Shown piece after piece: positions 20,632 through 30,710 of a stretch of 64,000 nucleotides of DNA (positions are counted from its first letter, which is position 1; each line of letters begins with the position of its first letter). The stretch comes from Candidatus Dormiibacterota bacterium. GTDB taxonomy: Bacteria > Chloroflexota > Dormibacteria > Aeolococcales > Aeolococcaceae. The stretch lies in contig DATBEL010000066.1 of the NCBI GenBank assembly GCA_036276135.1, forward strand, positions 21,364 to 85,363, read 5' to 3'. A program made the translations under genes and the position numbers. The notes beneath the pieces were generated by a model. That model searched no databases and had not been told where the DNA came from. It worked only from the letters and a program-made list of their open reading frames with translations.

Positions 20632-21039
20632 GTGCCCGCCAAACGCGCCGACGTCGGCACCCTGCTCCGGGAGGCATTCGGCCGGGAGGCCGAGAGCGTG
20701 CTGCGCTGCCTCTTCTACGCGCGTCGTGCCGACGTCGAGGGCCGCGCCGACATCGCCGCGGTGTTGCGCTCGGTCGCGGAGGGGGAGATCAGCCAGGCAT
20801 TCGGGCACCTCGAGCTCCTCGAGGAGAGCGGCGACCCGCTTGCCGGCGGGGGCGACGCCGCGGGCGATCTCGCCGCGGTGGTCGAGGCGGAGGAGGCTGC
20901 GGTCGAGCGCTACGGCGAGCTGGCAGCAGCAGCCCGCGGCGCCGGCAGCGGCGACGCCGCCGACTGGTTCGAGTCGCTGGTCGCCGCCGAGAACGTGCAC
21001 CTCGGCGTGTTGCGCCGCGCCACCGCGGTGGGCCCGTGA
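20632..21039 (+). CDS. Rubrerythrin-like / ferritin-like diiron protein, about 135 aa
   Basis: An AGAGGGGA ribosome-binding site lies 6 nt before the GTG at 20632. Two E-x-x-H pairs typical of rubrerythrin diiron sites are present (EAESVLRCLFYARRADVEG ... SQAFGHLE and AVVEAEEAAVERYGELA ... AENVHLGVL). Confidence 0.65.
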   Translation: MPAKRADVGTLLREAFGREAESVLRCLFYARRADVEGRADIAAVLRSVAEGEISQAFGHLELLEESGDPLAGGGDAAGDLAAVVEAEEAAVERYGELAAAARGAGSGDAADWFESLVAAENVHLGVLRRATAVGP

Positions 21040-21605
21040 CGGCCGACCGGCTCGGGCCCGGCGAGGTGCGCACCGGCAGCGCCTATGAGGCCGAGCGCGC
21101 CGACAGCAGGGCTCGCCTCGCGCAGGCGGCGCCGGGCCACCGGGTCAGCCTCGGCGGCGAGCTCGTTCTCGTCTTCGAGAGCCGCGAGAGGGTCCGCGCG
21201 TCGCTCGAGGAGCTGCTTCGCGCTGAGCGCGTCAGCGACCAGCAGCACATCGACGCCGAGGCCGCCGCCTTCGCCGACGCGCTCCCCGGCGATCACGAGC
21301 TGGCGGCGACTCTGTACATGGACATCGCCGACCCCGCCGCCCTCGCGGACCGGCTCGCCGAGCTCGGGGAGTTGGGCGCGGCAGTGTTTGTCGACCTCGG
21401 CGGGGACCGCGTCAGGGGGCGCTCCGATGGCGCGGAGGGCGGCGGCGGAGGCTGGCACCTCCTGTTCGCGTTCGACCAGGAGCAGCGTCGGATGCTGCTC
21501 GACGGCGGCCCCGTCGCCGTGGTCGTCGATCACCCCCGGCTGCGGGCCACGGCCGTCCTCGACGTCGACCAGGTGCGGGCGGTCACCGCCGCCCTGCGCG
21601 CGTGA
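21036..21605 (+). CDS. DUF3501 family protein
   Basis: The GTG start overlaps the rubrerythrin stop in a GTGA arrangement. Length and sequence pattern fit DUF3501, a family recurrently encoded beside rubrerythrin genes. Confidence 0.6.
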   Translation: MTADRLGPGEVRTGSAYEAERADSRARLAQAAPGHRVSLGGELVLVFESRERVRASLEELLRAERVSDQQHIDAEAAAFADALPGDHELAATLYMDIADPAALADRLAELGELGAAVFVDLGGDRVRGRSDGAEGGGGGWHLLFAFDQEQRRMLLDGGPVAVVVDHPRLRATAVLDVDQVRAVTAALRA

Positions 21606-22006
21606 GACGCGCCCGCGGGTCACGGCGACGCCGCGGCGCCGGCGGTGCGCGCGGGCTCGTCGCTCCGGTGGCCGGCGCGGTGTTGGCGCTGCTGGCAGGG
21701 TGCGGTGACACCACCACCCAGCCGGCCTGGGTCGCAGCCCACCCCGACACGGCGCTGCTGAGCTTCTCGACCACTGCTCCCGGTGTTTGCGCCATCACCG
21801 TCCAATACCCGAACGACGCGCCGGCCGTGGTCAGCTATCTCGGCGGCGTCTATGTGCAGGTGCGCCGAGAGGGTCATCCGACCGCCCCGGGCGGGGCGGA
21901 GATCGACCATTCCGGCGATTGGCACATCTTCAAGCTGGGTGGCGGCGACCTGCTCGTGGTGACCCCGGGCGATGCCTTCGACTACCGGCTCGAGCAGAAT
22001 TGCTGA
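21602..22006 (+). CDS. Putative lipoprotein (signal peptide with lipobox LLAGC)
   Basis: The GTG start overlaps the previous stop (GTGA). The N-terminus is basic, followed by a hydrophobic segment and LAGC, then a beta-rich domain ending in two Cys residues. Confidence 0.5.
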   Translation: MRRARGSRRRRGAGGARGLVAPVAGAVLALLAGCGDTTTQPAWVAAHPDTALLSFSTTAPGVCAITVQYPNDAPAVVSYLGGVYVQVRREGHPTAPGGAEIDHSGDWHIFKLGGGDLLVVTPGDAFDYRLEQNC

Positions 22007-22016
22007 CCCTGCAAGA

Positions 22017-24203
22017 ATGGTGCCGATGAGGGCACGAGCCGGGGTGATGCCGTTCAGCGCCCTGGTGGGGCAGGACGCCATGAAGCGCGCGCTGCTGCTC
22101 AACGCGGTCAACCCGGCGATCGGCGGGGTGCTCATCCGCGGTCAGAAGGGCACCGCCAAGTCGACGGCCGTTCGAGGGCTCACCGAGCTGCTCCCCGACG
22201 TCGAGGTGGTGGCGGGCTGTCGATTCCAGTGTGACCCGGGGGCGCCGGGCATGCTGTGCGACGAGTGCCGCGCGCGCGCCGACGCGGGCGAGACCCTGCA
22301 CAGCGTGTCGCGCCGGATGACCCTGGTGGAGCTGCCCGTCAACGCCAGCGAGGACCGGGTGGTCGGCAGCATCGACGTCGAGGCCGCGATCAAGCGGGGC
22401 GAGCGCCGTTTCGAGCCCGGCCTGCTCGCCGCGGCCAACCGCAACCTGCTCTACGTCGACGAGGTCAACCTGCTCGACGACCACCTCGTCGACGTCCTGC
22501 TCGACGCGGCCGCGATGGGCGTCAACACCGTCGAGCGCGAGGGCGTGTCGCTGTCGCACCCGGCCCGGCTCATGCTGGTGGGCACCATGAACCCCGAGGA
22601 GGGCGAGCTGCGTCCGCAGCTGCTCGACCGCTTCGGCCTCTGCGTCGATGTCGGCGGCCTCCAGGGACTCGGGGAGAGGGTGCGGGTGATGGAGCGGGTC
22701 TCCCGCGAGGGCGCGCCGCGATCGGTCGACGAGAACGCCGCGCAGGGCCGGCTGCGCGCCACCGTCGCGCGGGCCACCGAGCTGCTGCCGCTGGTGCGCG
22801 TGCCTGCAGCGATGCGACGGTTCATCGCCCTGATCTGTGTGGACGCCGGCGCTGTCGGTCACCGCGCCGACATCGTCATCAGCAGGACCGCGCAGACGGT
22901 GTGCGCCTGGCGGGAGGCGGAGGCACTGGTCGCGGACGGCAGCAGCGACACCGCGGCCGTCGACGCTCTGTCGGTGACCGCCGAGGACGTCATCACAGCG
23001 GCGGAGCTGGCGCTGGCCCATCGCCGCCGCGACAACCCCTCCCAGGAGAGCAGCAGCGCCACCACGTCGCCCACCGAGGCGGCGGCCGAGCGCATGGAGG
23101 AGCTGCGCCGCGACGCGCAGGCAGCCGCCGACTCGGAGGCTGCGCAACAGGCCGATGAGTCGGAGGTGCCGCAGGAGTCGACCTCCGCTGCGGATGAGGG
23201 CACCGGATCGTCGCAAGGCGACGAAGCTCGCGCTGCGGAACCGGCGTCGTCGGCGCAGCCTCAACTGTTTGCCGGCGACCTCTTCCCGGTCCGCAAGATC
23301 AGCCTGCCGCGCGACCGGCGCACCCGCAAGGCAACCGGCAAGCGCAGCCAGGCTCGCAGCAAGGACCGTCGCGGACGCTACGTGCGCGCCGTGCAGACCG
23401 AGCACACCACCGACGTCGCGTTCGACGCCACGGTGCGTGCTGCCGCGCCCCATCAGCAGCGCCGACGCAGCGAGGCCACCGCGGCGGGCATCGTGGATGC
23501 GCCCGCGCTGCACCTCGAGCGCCAGGACCTCAGGCAGAAGGTGCGCCGGCGCCGCACCGGCACGTTGATCGTGTTCGTCGTCGACGCCAGCGCGTCGATG
23601 GACGCCGAGCAGCGCATGCAGGCCACCAAGGGCGCGGTCCTGTCGCTGCTGCGCGACGCCTACGTCCGCCGCGACAAGGTGTCGCTCGTCGTGTTCTCGG
23701 GACGCAGCGCGCGCGTCGTGCTGCAACCCACGTCGAGCGTCGACCTCGCCGAGGAGCGGCTGCAGCGGCTGGCGGTGGGCGGCACCACGCCACTGACCCA
23801 CGGGCTGGTGGCCGGGCTCAGGGTGGTGCGCACCGAGCGGCTGCGCGAGTCCTCTGTGTACCCACTGATCGTGCTCATCAGCGACGGCCGGGGCAACATC
23901 TCGCTGTTCGGCGAGGAACCGCTGCTCGAGGCGCAACGGCTGGCGGCGCAGATCGGCAACGAGCACGTGCGCATGCTCGTCATCGACTCAGCCCGCGATC
24001 ACATCGCCGCCACCCCACTGCCGCGTGTCGGCGTCGCTGCTCCCAGCAATTCGTCAGCACGGTCGCCCCTGTTCAGCGGGGGTTACGGATTCAACGCCTG
24101 TCTCGACCTGGCCGAGCGTTCCGGCGGCGAGTACCTCGGGCTGTACGACCTCAGCCAGGGCGCGATCCTGGCCGGCGTCGAGCGCAGCCTGCGGGGACGT
24201 TGA
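22017..24203 (+). CDS. chlD: Magnesium-chelatase subunit D-like protein: ChlI-type AAA+ N-domain, acidic/Pro-rich linker, C-terminal vWA/MIDAS domain
   Basis: The N-terminal region aligns with ChlI/BchI ([100 protein letters not shown]). An acidic linker follows. The C-terminal vWA carries MIDAS residues (FVVDASASM ... TPL ... SDGRGN). The start was chosen at ATG 22017, after the lipoprotein stop. Confidence 0.8.
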   Translation: MVPMRARAGVMPFSALVGQDAMKRALLLNAVNPAIGGVLIRGQKGTAKSTAVRGLTELLPDVEVVAGCRFQCDPGAPGMLCDECRARADAGETLHSVSRRMTLVELPVNASEDRVVGSIDVEAAIKRGERRFEPGLLAAANRNLLYVDEVNLLDDHLVDVLLDAAAMGVNTVEREGVSLSHPARLMLVGTMNPEEGELRPQLLDRFGLCVDVGGLQGLGERVRVMERVSREGAPRSVDENAAQGRLRATVARATELLPLVRVPAAMRRFIALICVDAGAVGHRADIVISRTAQTVCAWREAEALVADGSSDTAAVDALSVTAEDVITAAELALAHRRRDNPSQESSSATTSPTEAAAERMEELRRDAQAAADSEAAQQADESEVPQESTSAADEGTGSSQGDEARAAEPASSAQPQLFAGDLFPVRKISLPRDRRTRKATGKRSQARSKDRRGRYVRAVQTEHTTDVAFDATVRAAAPHQQRRRSEATAAGIVDAPALHLERQDLRQKVRRRRTGTLIVFVVDASASMDAEQRMQATKGAVLSLLRDAYVRRDKVSLVVFSGRSARVVLQPTSSVDLAEERLQRLAVGGTTPLTHGLVAGLRVVRTERLRESSVYPLIVLISDGRGNISLFGEEPLLEAQRLAAQIGNEHVRMLVIDSARDHIAATPLPRVGVAAPSNSSARSPLFSGGYGFNACLDLAERSGGEYLGLYDLSQGAILAGVERSLRGR

Positions 24204-24250
24204 TCGAGGCACCAGGCCTCTCCGGCGGCTCAAGCGGCGACAATGCCCGC

Positions 24251-25294
24251 ATGCAGGCAGGTCGCGCCGTGTTCCCCTTCACCGCCATCGTCGGCCAGGA
24301 GCCGATGCGCCAGGCGCTGGTGCTCAACGCCATCAACCCGGCAATCGGCGGCGTGCTGATCCGCGGTGAGAAGGGAACGGCCAAGTCCACCGCCGTGCGC
24401 GCGCTCGCGCGACTCCTTCCCGAGCAGCTCGTGGTCGTCGGCTGCCAGTTCGGCTGCCCACCCAACGCTGGTGAGCAGCAGTGCGTCGACTGCAGCACCC
24501 GGGTCGCCGCCGGCGAGCAGCTTCCGCGTGAGGCGCGCCAGATGCGTGTCGTCGAGCTTCCCATCAATGCCAGCGAGGACCGCGTGGTGGGCAGCATCGA
24601 CATCGAGGCGGCGATCAAGACGGGCGAGAAGCGGTTCGAACCGGGCGTTCTCGCCGAGGCCAACCGCAACATCCTCTACGTCGACGAGGTCAACCTCCTC
24701 GACGATCACATCGTCGACGTCCTGCTCGACGCTGCCGCCATGGGCCTCAACACCGTCGAGCGCGAGGGCGTGTCGGTGTCACATCCGTCGCGCTTCATCC
24801 TTGTCGGCACCATGAACCCCGAGGAGGGCGACCTCCGCCCCCAGCTGCTCGACCGCTTCGGGCTCTGTGTCGACGTCGCCGGCATTCGCGACGTCATGCA
24901 GCGCGTCCAGATCGTCGAGCGTCGCGAAGAGTTCGAGGAGGACCCTGAGGCGTTCGCCATCCGTTACGAGGCACGCGAGACCGCCGAGGCGGACCGGATC
25001 GCCCACGCCATCCGCAGCCTCCCCGACGTCGAGGTCGACCGCGAGATCCTCATCGGCATCGCAGCTGTCGGCATCGAGCTCGAGGTGGATGGCCACCGCG
25101 CCGACATCGTCACCCGCAAGAGCGCGCAGGCGCTGGCCGCCTACGAGAACCGCGACCGGGTCAGCTTCGAGGACGTCGAGAGCGTCGCCCCGGCGGTGCT
25201 GGCGCATCGTGTCAAGCCCGCGGTGGCCGGCACCAAGCGCAACCTCGACCTCGGCGAGCTGATGCAGCGCGCCGTGACGCGCAACGAGAGCTGA
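24251..25294 (+). CDS. chlI: Magnesium-chelatase subunit I-like AAA+ ATPase
   Basis: Collinear with cyanobacterial ChlI and Rhodobacter BchI ([45 protein letters not shown] ... [69 protein letters not shown]). Confidence 0.8.
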   Translation: MQAGRAVFPFTAIVGQEPMRQALVLNAINPAIGGVLIRGEKGTAKSTAVRALARLLPEQLVVVGCQFGCPPNAGEQQCVDCSTRVAAGEQLPREARQMRVVELPINASEDRVVGSIDIEAAIKTGEKRFEPGVLAEANRNILYVDEVNLLDDHIVDVLLDAAAMGLNTVEREGVSVSHPSRFILVGTMNPEEGDLRPQLLDRFGLCVDVAGIRDVMQRVQIVERREEFEEDPEAFAIRYEARETAEADRIAHAIRSLPDVEVDREILIGIAAVGIELEVDGHRADIVTRKSAQALAAYENRDRVSFEDVESVAPAVLAHRVKPAVAGTKRNLDLGELMQRAVTRNES

Positions 25295-25321
25295 CCGACC
25301 GTCCGGGGACCGGGGGTCGGC

Positions 25322-26587
25322 TCAGACCGCCTCGTCCTCGTCGTCGAGGATGGAGAGCGAGGGCCGGCGCGCGAACACCGTCTGGCGCATCAGCCGGCCG
25401 AGCAGGTTGGGCATCCGGTAGCTCTCCAGCGGCACCTGCACAGGTTTGCGCTCGATGTTGCGTCGCGAGATGTGGATGCCGTGCTTGGGCAGGATGCGGC
25501 GGAGATAGCCCCAGGTGTCGTAGAGCCCGTTGCTGACCGATTCATACCCGTGCTGCAGCACCATCAGGCGTGCGCTGTACGACATCAGCTCGTGGAAGAA
25601 CATCTTCTCGTCATCGGGCCGCGGCTCGATGAGGAGGATGTCGACGTCGGGATGGTGGTTGCGGACCAGCTTGATGTGGTCGAGCAAGCCGTCGTGGAGC
25701 ATGCCGCGGAAGACCTGGTTGTAGACCCCGCGCATGCCCAGGTCGGCGAGGTGGTCGCCGAGCAGCTCGCGCACCCCCGCCGGCGTGTGCAGGTTGCGCA
25801 TGTCGACCGGGACGATGGGATTGATGGCGACGATGAGGGTGGCGCCGCGATCGACGGCCACGTCGATCGCCGAGATCCCCTTGATGCCGCCGTCGACGTA
25901 ATCCACGTCGTCGATGCGCACCGGCCGGAAGAGGATGGGGATGGCGCTGCTGGCCGCCGCCGCCATCGAGATGGGCACGTGGGCGCGCTTGTTGAAGCGT
26001 GAGAACACGACGCGCTGGCCGGAATCGAGCGCGCACGCCACGATGTGCAGCTCGGGATCGAGGCGGCGGAAGTCGTTGCTGAACTCGTCGCGCGTCAGCA
26101 GCCTCTCGAGGAAGCGCACCAGCTCCGTGTTGCTGAAGAAGCCGGACGGCAGCAGCGGGGTGAGCATCCCGACGATGTCGACGGGGTTGAGCTTGCCGGG
26201 ATGCCGGGCCAGCTCCCAGGCGATCTCCTGGGCGAGCCGCGGCAGCTTGAGCATGCGCGCCGCCGCCTCGGCGAGGTTGGGGCGGTAGAGGCCCCACGGC
26301 GTTGGCGGCCGCAGCATCTCGTTGCTCCCCTCGAGCCCCAGCGCCATGTCCGTCGGGGTGATGCCGTTGGCGAGGAGGGCGCCGATCATCGAGCCGGCGC
26401 TGGTGCCGACGTAGATGTCGAAATCATTGACGCTGCTGCCCACGAGCAGGTCGTCGAGCGCTCGCAGCGCGCCGATCTCGTAGGTCAGCCCGGTGATGCC
26501 CCCGCCACAGAGCACCAGCGCCCGCTTGCCGCCGGTGGGATCGGGGGCGACGCGCCGAACGGTCGTCGCATTCCTGCGGCTGGGCAT
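25322..26587 (-). CDS. Patatin-like phospholipase family protein
   Basis: The oxyanion motif GGGITG, the nucleophile elbow GTSAGS and the catalytic DGG are all present. Confidence 0.8.
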   Translation of the reverse strand: MPSRRNATTVRRVAPDPTGGKRALVLCGGGITGLTYEIGALRALDDLLVGSSVNDFDIYVGTSAGSMIGALLANGITPTDMALGLEGSNEMLRPPTPWGLYRPNLAEAAARMLKLPRLAQEIAWELARHPGKLNPVDIVGMLTPLLPSGFFSNTELVRFLERLLTRDEFSNDFRRLDPELHIVACALDSGQRVVFSRFNKRAHVPISMAAAASSAIPILFRPVRIDDVDYVDGGIKGISAIDVAVDRGATLIVAINPIVPVDMRNLHTPAGVRELLGDHLADLGMRGVYNQVFRGMLHDGLLDHIKLVRNHHPDVDILLIEPRPDDEKMFFHELMSYSARLMVLQHGYESVSNGLYDTWGYLRRILPKHGIHISRRNIERKPVQVPLESYRMPNLLGRLMRQTVFARRPSLSILDDEDEAV

Positions 26588-26635
26588 GGCGGGGATTATC
26601 GCCCGCGGGGGCTGCCCCGGCTACAGTGGCGCTCC

Positions 26636-28444
26636 GTGCCCAGCAAGCCACTCGACCTGATCCGCAACTTCTGCATCATCGCCCACATCGACCACGGCAA
26701 GTCGACGCTCGCCGATCGCCTGCTGGAGCGCACCGGGACAGTGGCGATGCGCGACATGCAGGACCAGCTGCTCGACACCCTCGACCTCGAGCGCGAGCGC
26801 GGCATCACCATCAAGGCGCAGGCGGTGCGCCTCGACCACACCGCTGCCGACGGTCTCACCTACCAGCTCAACCTCATCGACACGCCGGGCCACGTCGACT
26901 TCGCCTACGAGGTGTCACGCTCACTGGCCGCCTGCGAGGGCGCGCTGCTCGTGGTCGACGCCTCACAGGGCATCGAGGCCCAGACGCTGGCCAACGTCTA
27001 CGCCGCGCTCGAGGCCGACCTCGAGGTGATCCCGGTCATCAACAAGATCGACCTCCCGGCGGCCGACCCCGAGCTGGTGCGCCAGGAGATCGAGGATGTC
27101 ATCGGTCTGCCCGGCGATGGCGCGCTGCTCGCCAGCGCGCGCCAGGGCATCGGCATCGATGCCATCCTGGAGGCCATCGTCACCCGGGTCCCGCCGCCCT
27201 CCGGGCAGGTCGGCGCACCGCTCCAGGCCCTGATCTTCGACAGCAAGTACGACGTCTACCGCGGCGTCATCGTCTACGTGCGCGTCATGCACGGCGTGAT
27301 CCGCCAGGGACAGCGCATCCGCATGATGGCCACCGGCAAGGACTTCGTCGTCGACGAGGTCGGCGTCTTCCGTCCCCAGCCGACGTCGATGCGCTCGCTC
27401 AGCCCCGGTGAGGTCGGCTACGTGGTGGCTTCCATCAAGGACGTCCGCGACAGCAAGGTCGGCGACACCGTCACCGACGCCGACAACACCGCGCCTGCGG
27501 CGCTGCCCGGTTACCGGACGGTGACGCCGATGGTCTTCGCCGGCATCTTTCCGATCGACTCCGACAAGGTCCAGGAGCTCAAGGAGGCGCTGTCGAAGCT
27601 CAACCTCAACGACGCCTCCCTGGTATATGAACCCGAGTCGTCGGTGGCGCTCGGCTTCGGCTTCCGCTGCGGGTTTCTCGGGTTGCTGCACATGGAGATC
27701 GTGCAGGAGCGGTTGGAGAGAGAGTTCGATCTCGAGCTGCTGACCACGGCCCCGACCGTGGAGTACCGCGTGCGCTTGCGCGGCGGCGAGATGGTGGCGG
27801 TGGACAACCCGTCGATGCTGCCGGACCCCGCCAACATCGACGCCATCGAGGAACCGCGGACCCGGGCGACCATCTTCGTCCCCAAGGCGTACGTCGGCCC
27901 CCTCATGGAGCTCTGCCAGGATCGCCGCGGCGAGCTTCTCGACATGCAGTACCAGCCCGGCGACCGTGTCGCGCTGATCTACGACCTGCCGCTCGGCGAG
28001 ATCATCCACGACTTCTACGACCAGCTCAAGTCGCGCAGCCGGGGCTACGCGTCGCTCGACTATGAGATCACCGGCTTCCGCGCCGAGAAGCTTGTCAAGC
28101 TCGACATCCTCGTCGGGGGCCAGCGCGTCGACGCGCTCTCGATGATCGTCCATCGCGACAAGGCGGCGGTCCAGGGGCGCAAGCTCGCCGGGCGTCTGCG
28201 CAAGCTGATTCCCCGCCAGCTCTTCGAGGTGGCGATCCAGGCAGCCATCGGTGGCAAGATCGTCGCCCGCGAGACGGTGTCGGCGATGCGCAAGGACGTT
28301 CTCGCCAAGTGTTACGGCGGCGACATCACCCGCAAGCGCAAGCTGCTCGAGAAGCAGAAGGAAGGCAAGAAGCGCATGAAGCGCGTCGGCAACGTCGAGA
28401 TCCCGCAGGAGGCCTTCATGGCCATCCTCACGTTGGACGAGTAG
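26636..28444 (+). CDS. lepA: Translation elongation factor 4 (LepA)
   Basis: The N-terminus [21 protein letters not shown] matches LepA along its full length. The GTG start at 26636 gives a 602-aa protein. The ORF-track start at 26045 is a 5' artefact. Confidence 0.9.
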   Translation: MPSKPLDLIRNFCIIAHIDHGKSTLADRLLERTGTVAMRDMQDQLLDTLDLERERGITIKAQAVRLDHTAADGLTYQLNLIDTPGHVDFAYEVSRSLAACEGALLVVDASQGIEAQTLANVYAALEADLEVIPVINKIDLPAADPELVRQEIEDVIGLPGDGALLASARQGIGIDAILEAIVTRVPPPSGQVGAPLQALIFDSKYDVYRGVIVYVRVMHGVIRQGQRIRMMATGKDFVVDEVGVFRPQPTSMRSLSPGEVGYVVASIKDVRDSKVGDTVTDADNTAPAALPGYRTVTPMVFAGIFPIDSDKVQELKEALSKLNLNDASLVYEPESSVALGFGFRCGFLGLLHMEIVQERLEREFDLELLTTAPTVEYRVRLRGGEMVAVDNPSMLPDPANIDAIEEPRTRATIFVPKAYVGPLMELCQDRRGELLDMQYQPGDRVALIYDLPLGEIIHDFYDQLKSRSRGYASLDYEITGFRAEKLVKLDILVGGQRVDALSMIVHRDKAAVQGRKLAGRLRKLIPRQLFEVAIQAAIGGKIVARETVSAMRKDVLAKCYGGDITRKRKLLEKQKEGKKRMKRVGNVEIPQEAFMAILTLDE

Positions 28445-28446
28445 GC

Positions 28447-29154
28447 GTGGCGAAGAAGAAGCGCCGCCGTCCCCCCGCCCCCCGCACCACCACGCGGGCG
28501 CCAGCGTCGCGTGCGCCCGCCGGGCCGGTCGCCGCGCCGGTCGTCGCGACCCCGGCGGTCGCGCGGCCGTCGAGGGTCCGGCGCTCCGCGCTCGACGACG
28601 AGTCGCACTGGAGCCGCTTCGGGTTGCTGACCCTGCTGGCGATGTCATTCGTCGCGCAGATGATCGTCGGCCTGGTCTTCCATCTCATCCAGCATCGCCA
28701 GCGCCTGCTCGTCGTCGACCTGTTCTTCTTCCAGGCACCGTTCGTGCTGGCGGCGTGCGTCCTGCTGATGCCGCTGGCGAAGGTCGTCACCCACCAGCCG
28801 CGGATGCTGCGCATGCTCGAGGCGCTGTCCATCGGCGCCGTGTTCGCGCTCTTCGCCCTGCTGCTCACCTCGCTCCTCGTCCACCCCGCCGGGTCAGCCG
28901 CGCCGACCACCGATCAGCTCATCGACAAGCTCACCGTCAACGACGCGTTGGGCATCGTGCTCGCGGATGTGCTGGCGATGCTGGTGGCAGTGCAGCTGTT
29001 CCCCGCCCTGCAGCGCATCCTCAGCGCCCCGGGCCGGCGGGCCCGCGCCCGCATGCTCGAGCGCCGCGCCGCGTCAGGATCCCGCGGCGCAGCCGCCTCG
29101 AAGGACCGTGCCAAGGCGACCGCGCGTTCTCGGCGCCCGCGGACCCTGGAGTAG
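28447..29154 (+). CDS. Hypothetical membrane protein with a basic N-terminus (KKKRRR) and 3-4 TM helices
   Basis: A GTG lies immediately after the lepA stop. Hydrophobic helices are predicted (LLTLLAMSFVAQMIVGLVF, FVLAACVLLMPLA, LSIGAVFALFALLLTSLLV), with basic termini. Confidence 0.5.
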   Translation: MAKKKRRRPPAPRTTTRAPASRAPAGPVAAPVVATPAVARPSRVRRSALDDESHWSRFGLLTLLAMSFVAQMIVGLVFHLIQHRQRLLVVDLFFFQAPFVLAACVLLMPLAKVVTHQPRMLRMLEALSIGAVFALFALLLTSLLVHPAGSAAPTTDQLIDKLTVNDALGIVLADVLAMLVAVQLFPALQRILSAPGRRARARMLERRAASGSRGAAASKDRAKATARSRRPRTLE

Positions 29155-29162
29155 CCGTCCCC

Positions 29163-30341
29163 ATGTCAGCAGTCGATGACGCCCCGGTCAGCGCGCTCTA
29201 TATGCACATCCCGTTCTGCGAGCGGAAGTGCGAGTACTGCGACTTCGTCTCGGTCGCCGGCGCGCGTGGACAGCACGAGTACATCGCGGCGCTGCGCTCG
29301 GAGCTGCGTGCCCTCGGCGAGGTGCTCGACGGCTGCGAGCTCGACACCATCTTCTGCGGTGGCGGCACCCCGGGCCTGCTCGACCTCGGGCTGCTCGCCG
29401 GGCTGATGGATGAGGTGCACCAGTGCTTCCTGGTGTCTCCGCGGGCGGAGGTCACCCTGGAGGTGAACCCCTCCAGCACGTCGATGCGCCGCGCGCAGAG
29501 CTGGCTGGCGGCGGGGTTCAACCGGGTCAGCGTCGGCGTGCAGAGCACCCACGCCGACATCCTCGGCTTCCTGGGTCGCGTCCACGATGCCGACCGCGCC
29601 ATCGCCGCGATCCACGACGTTCGCGGCGCCGGCTTCACCACCGTCAGCGGCGACCTCATCTACGCGGTGCCGGGGCTGGACGACGCCAGGTGGGAGGCAT
29701 CGCTCGAGGCACTGGTGGCGGCGGCGCCCGACCACGTGTCCTGCTATGAGCTCACCGTGGAGGACGGGACCCCGCTGCACCAGGCGGTCGCGCAGGGCCA
29801 TGTCCGTGTGGTCGACGCCGACAGCGCGCTGCGCCAGCATCGCATCGCTCTCGACGTGCTGGCGGGCGCGGGATACCGGCAGTACGAGGTCAGCAACTTC
29901 GCCCGCGGCGACAGCCAGTGCCGCCACAACCTCGTGTACTGGCGCAACGCCCACTACGCGGCCGCCGGGGTGGGCGCTCACGGCCATCTGCCCGCGGCCA
30001 TGGCGCCGCGCTTCGGCCTCGAGCCGGTGCCGTCGGCGCTGTCCTTCCGGTACGGGCACGGCCGCAGCGTGCAGCGGTACATCGCGGCCGTCAACACCGC
30101 GCCGCTGGCGATTCGCGATCCCGAGTGGATCGACGCCACCATGCGCGCCGAGGAGTCGATCATGCTGGGATTGCGGCTGCGCGAGGGCGTCCGCCTCGAG
30201 AGCGGCGGCGTGCTCGCGGAGGCGCGCGAGCTGGCCGCGGCGGGCTTTCTCGTGCTCGACGGACGGCTGGCGCGGGTGACGCCGCGTGGCGAGGACGTGC
30301 TCAACCAGCTGGCGGTCCGGCTGGCGGCTCGCTGCGCCTGA
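29163..30341 (+). CDS. hemW: Radical SAM heme chaperone HemW (oxygen-independent coproporphyrinogen III oxidase-like)
   Basis: The radical SAM motif is present (YMHIPFCERKCEYCDF), with HemN_C-like C-terminal domains. It neighbours lepA, as is commonly conserved. Confidence 0.85.
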   Translation: MSAVDDAPVSALYMHIPFCERKCEYCDFVSVAGARGQHEYIAALRSELRALGEVLDGCELDTIFCGGGTPGLLDLGLLAGLMDEVHQCFLVSPRAEVTLEVNPSSTSMRRAQSWLAAGFNRVSVGVQSTHADILGFLGRVHDADRAIAAIHDVRGAGFTTVSGDLIYAVPGLDDARWEASLEALVAAAPDHVSCYELTVEDGTPLHQAVAQGHVRVVDADSALRQHRIALDVLAGAGYRQYEVSNFARGDSQCRHNLVYWRNAHYAAAGVGAHGHLPAAMAPRFGLEPVPSALSFRYGHGRSVQRYIAAVNTAPLAIRDPEWIDATMRAEESIMLGLRLREGVRLESGGVLAEARELAAAGFLVLDGRLARVTPRGEDVLNQLAVRLAARCA

Positions 30342-30664
30342 CCGTCGCCGGCGCCGGCCTCGCTGTGGCGTGCTGTAACGACCCGGCAGACGGTTCACCC
30401 AGCGGGCAGACATCCGCGTGACGATGTGGCTCAGGGGCTGGAAGTCTGCAGCGCAATCCCGGACGATTTACCGCAGATGAACCGTCCCCCCATTCACCAA
30501 CCGCCGCCCGCCCCGGTCGTCGAAGACCTCATTCGCGCCGGCCTGACGCGCTCGACAGCGCTGGCGATGGAGTCGTGGAAGGCGCGAGAGGTGCTGGAGC
30601 TCCTCCGTGAGACCAACCGGGCCGAGCTCAGTTTTCGGCCAGCGACGGCGGCGCATGGTACGAT

Positions 30665-30691
30665 TTAGCACTCGAACATAAGGAGTGCTAA
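30665..30691. promoter_or_regulatory. CIRCE operator (HrcA binding site)
   Basis: The sequence is TTAGCACTC-gaacataag-GAGTGCTAA, a perfect 9-N9-9 match to the CIRCE consensus. It sits about 20 nt upstream of the hrcA ribosome-binding site. Confidence 0.9.
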
Positions 30692-30710
30692 CCCCGCCTC
30701 GCGGGAGGCG

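Noticed and set aside
30426-30668. 80-aa ORF between hemW and the CIRCE element
   Set aside because: Third-codon positions are noticeably less G/C-biased than real genes here. Its stop lies inside CIRCE. There is no ribosome-binding site and no motifs. It is probably non-coding promoter and leader DNA of hrcA.
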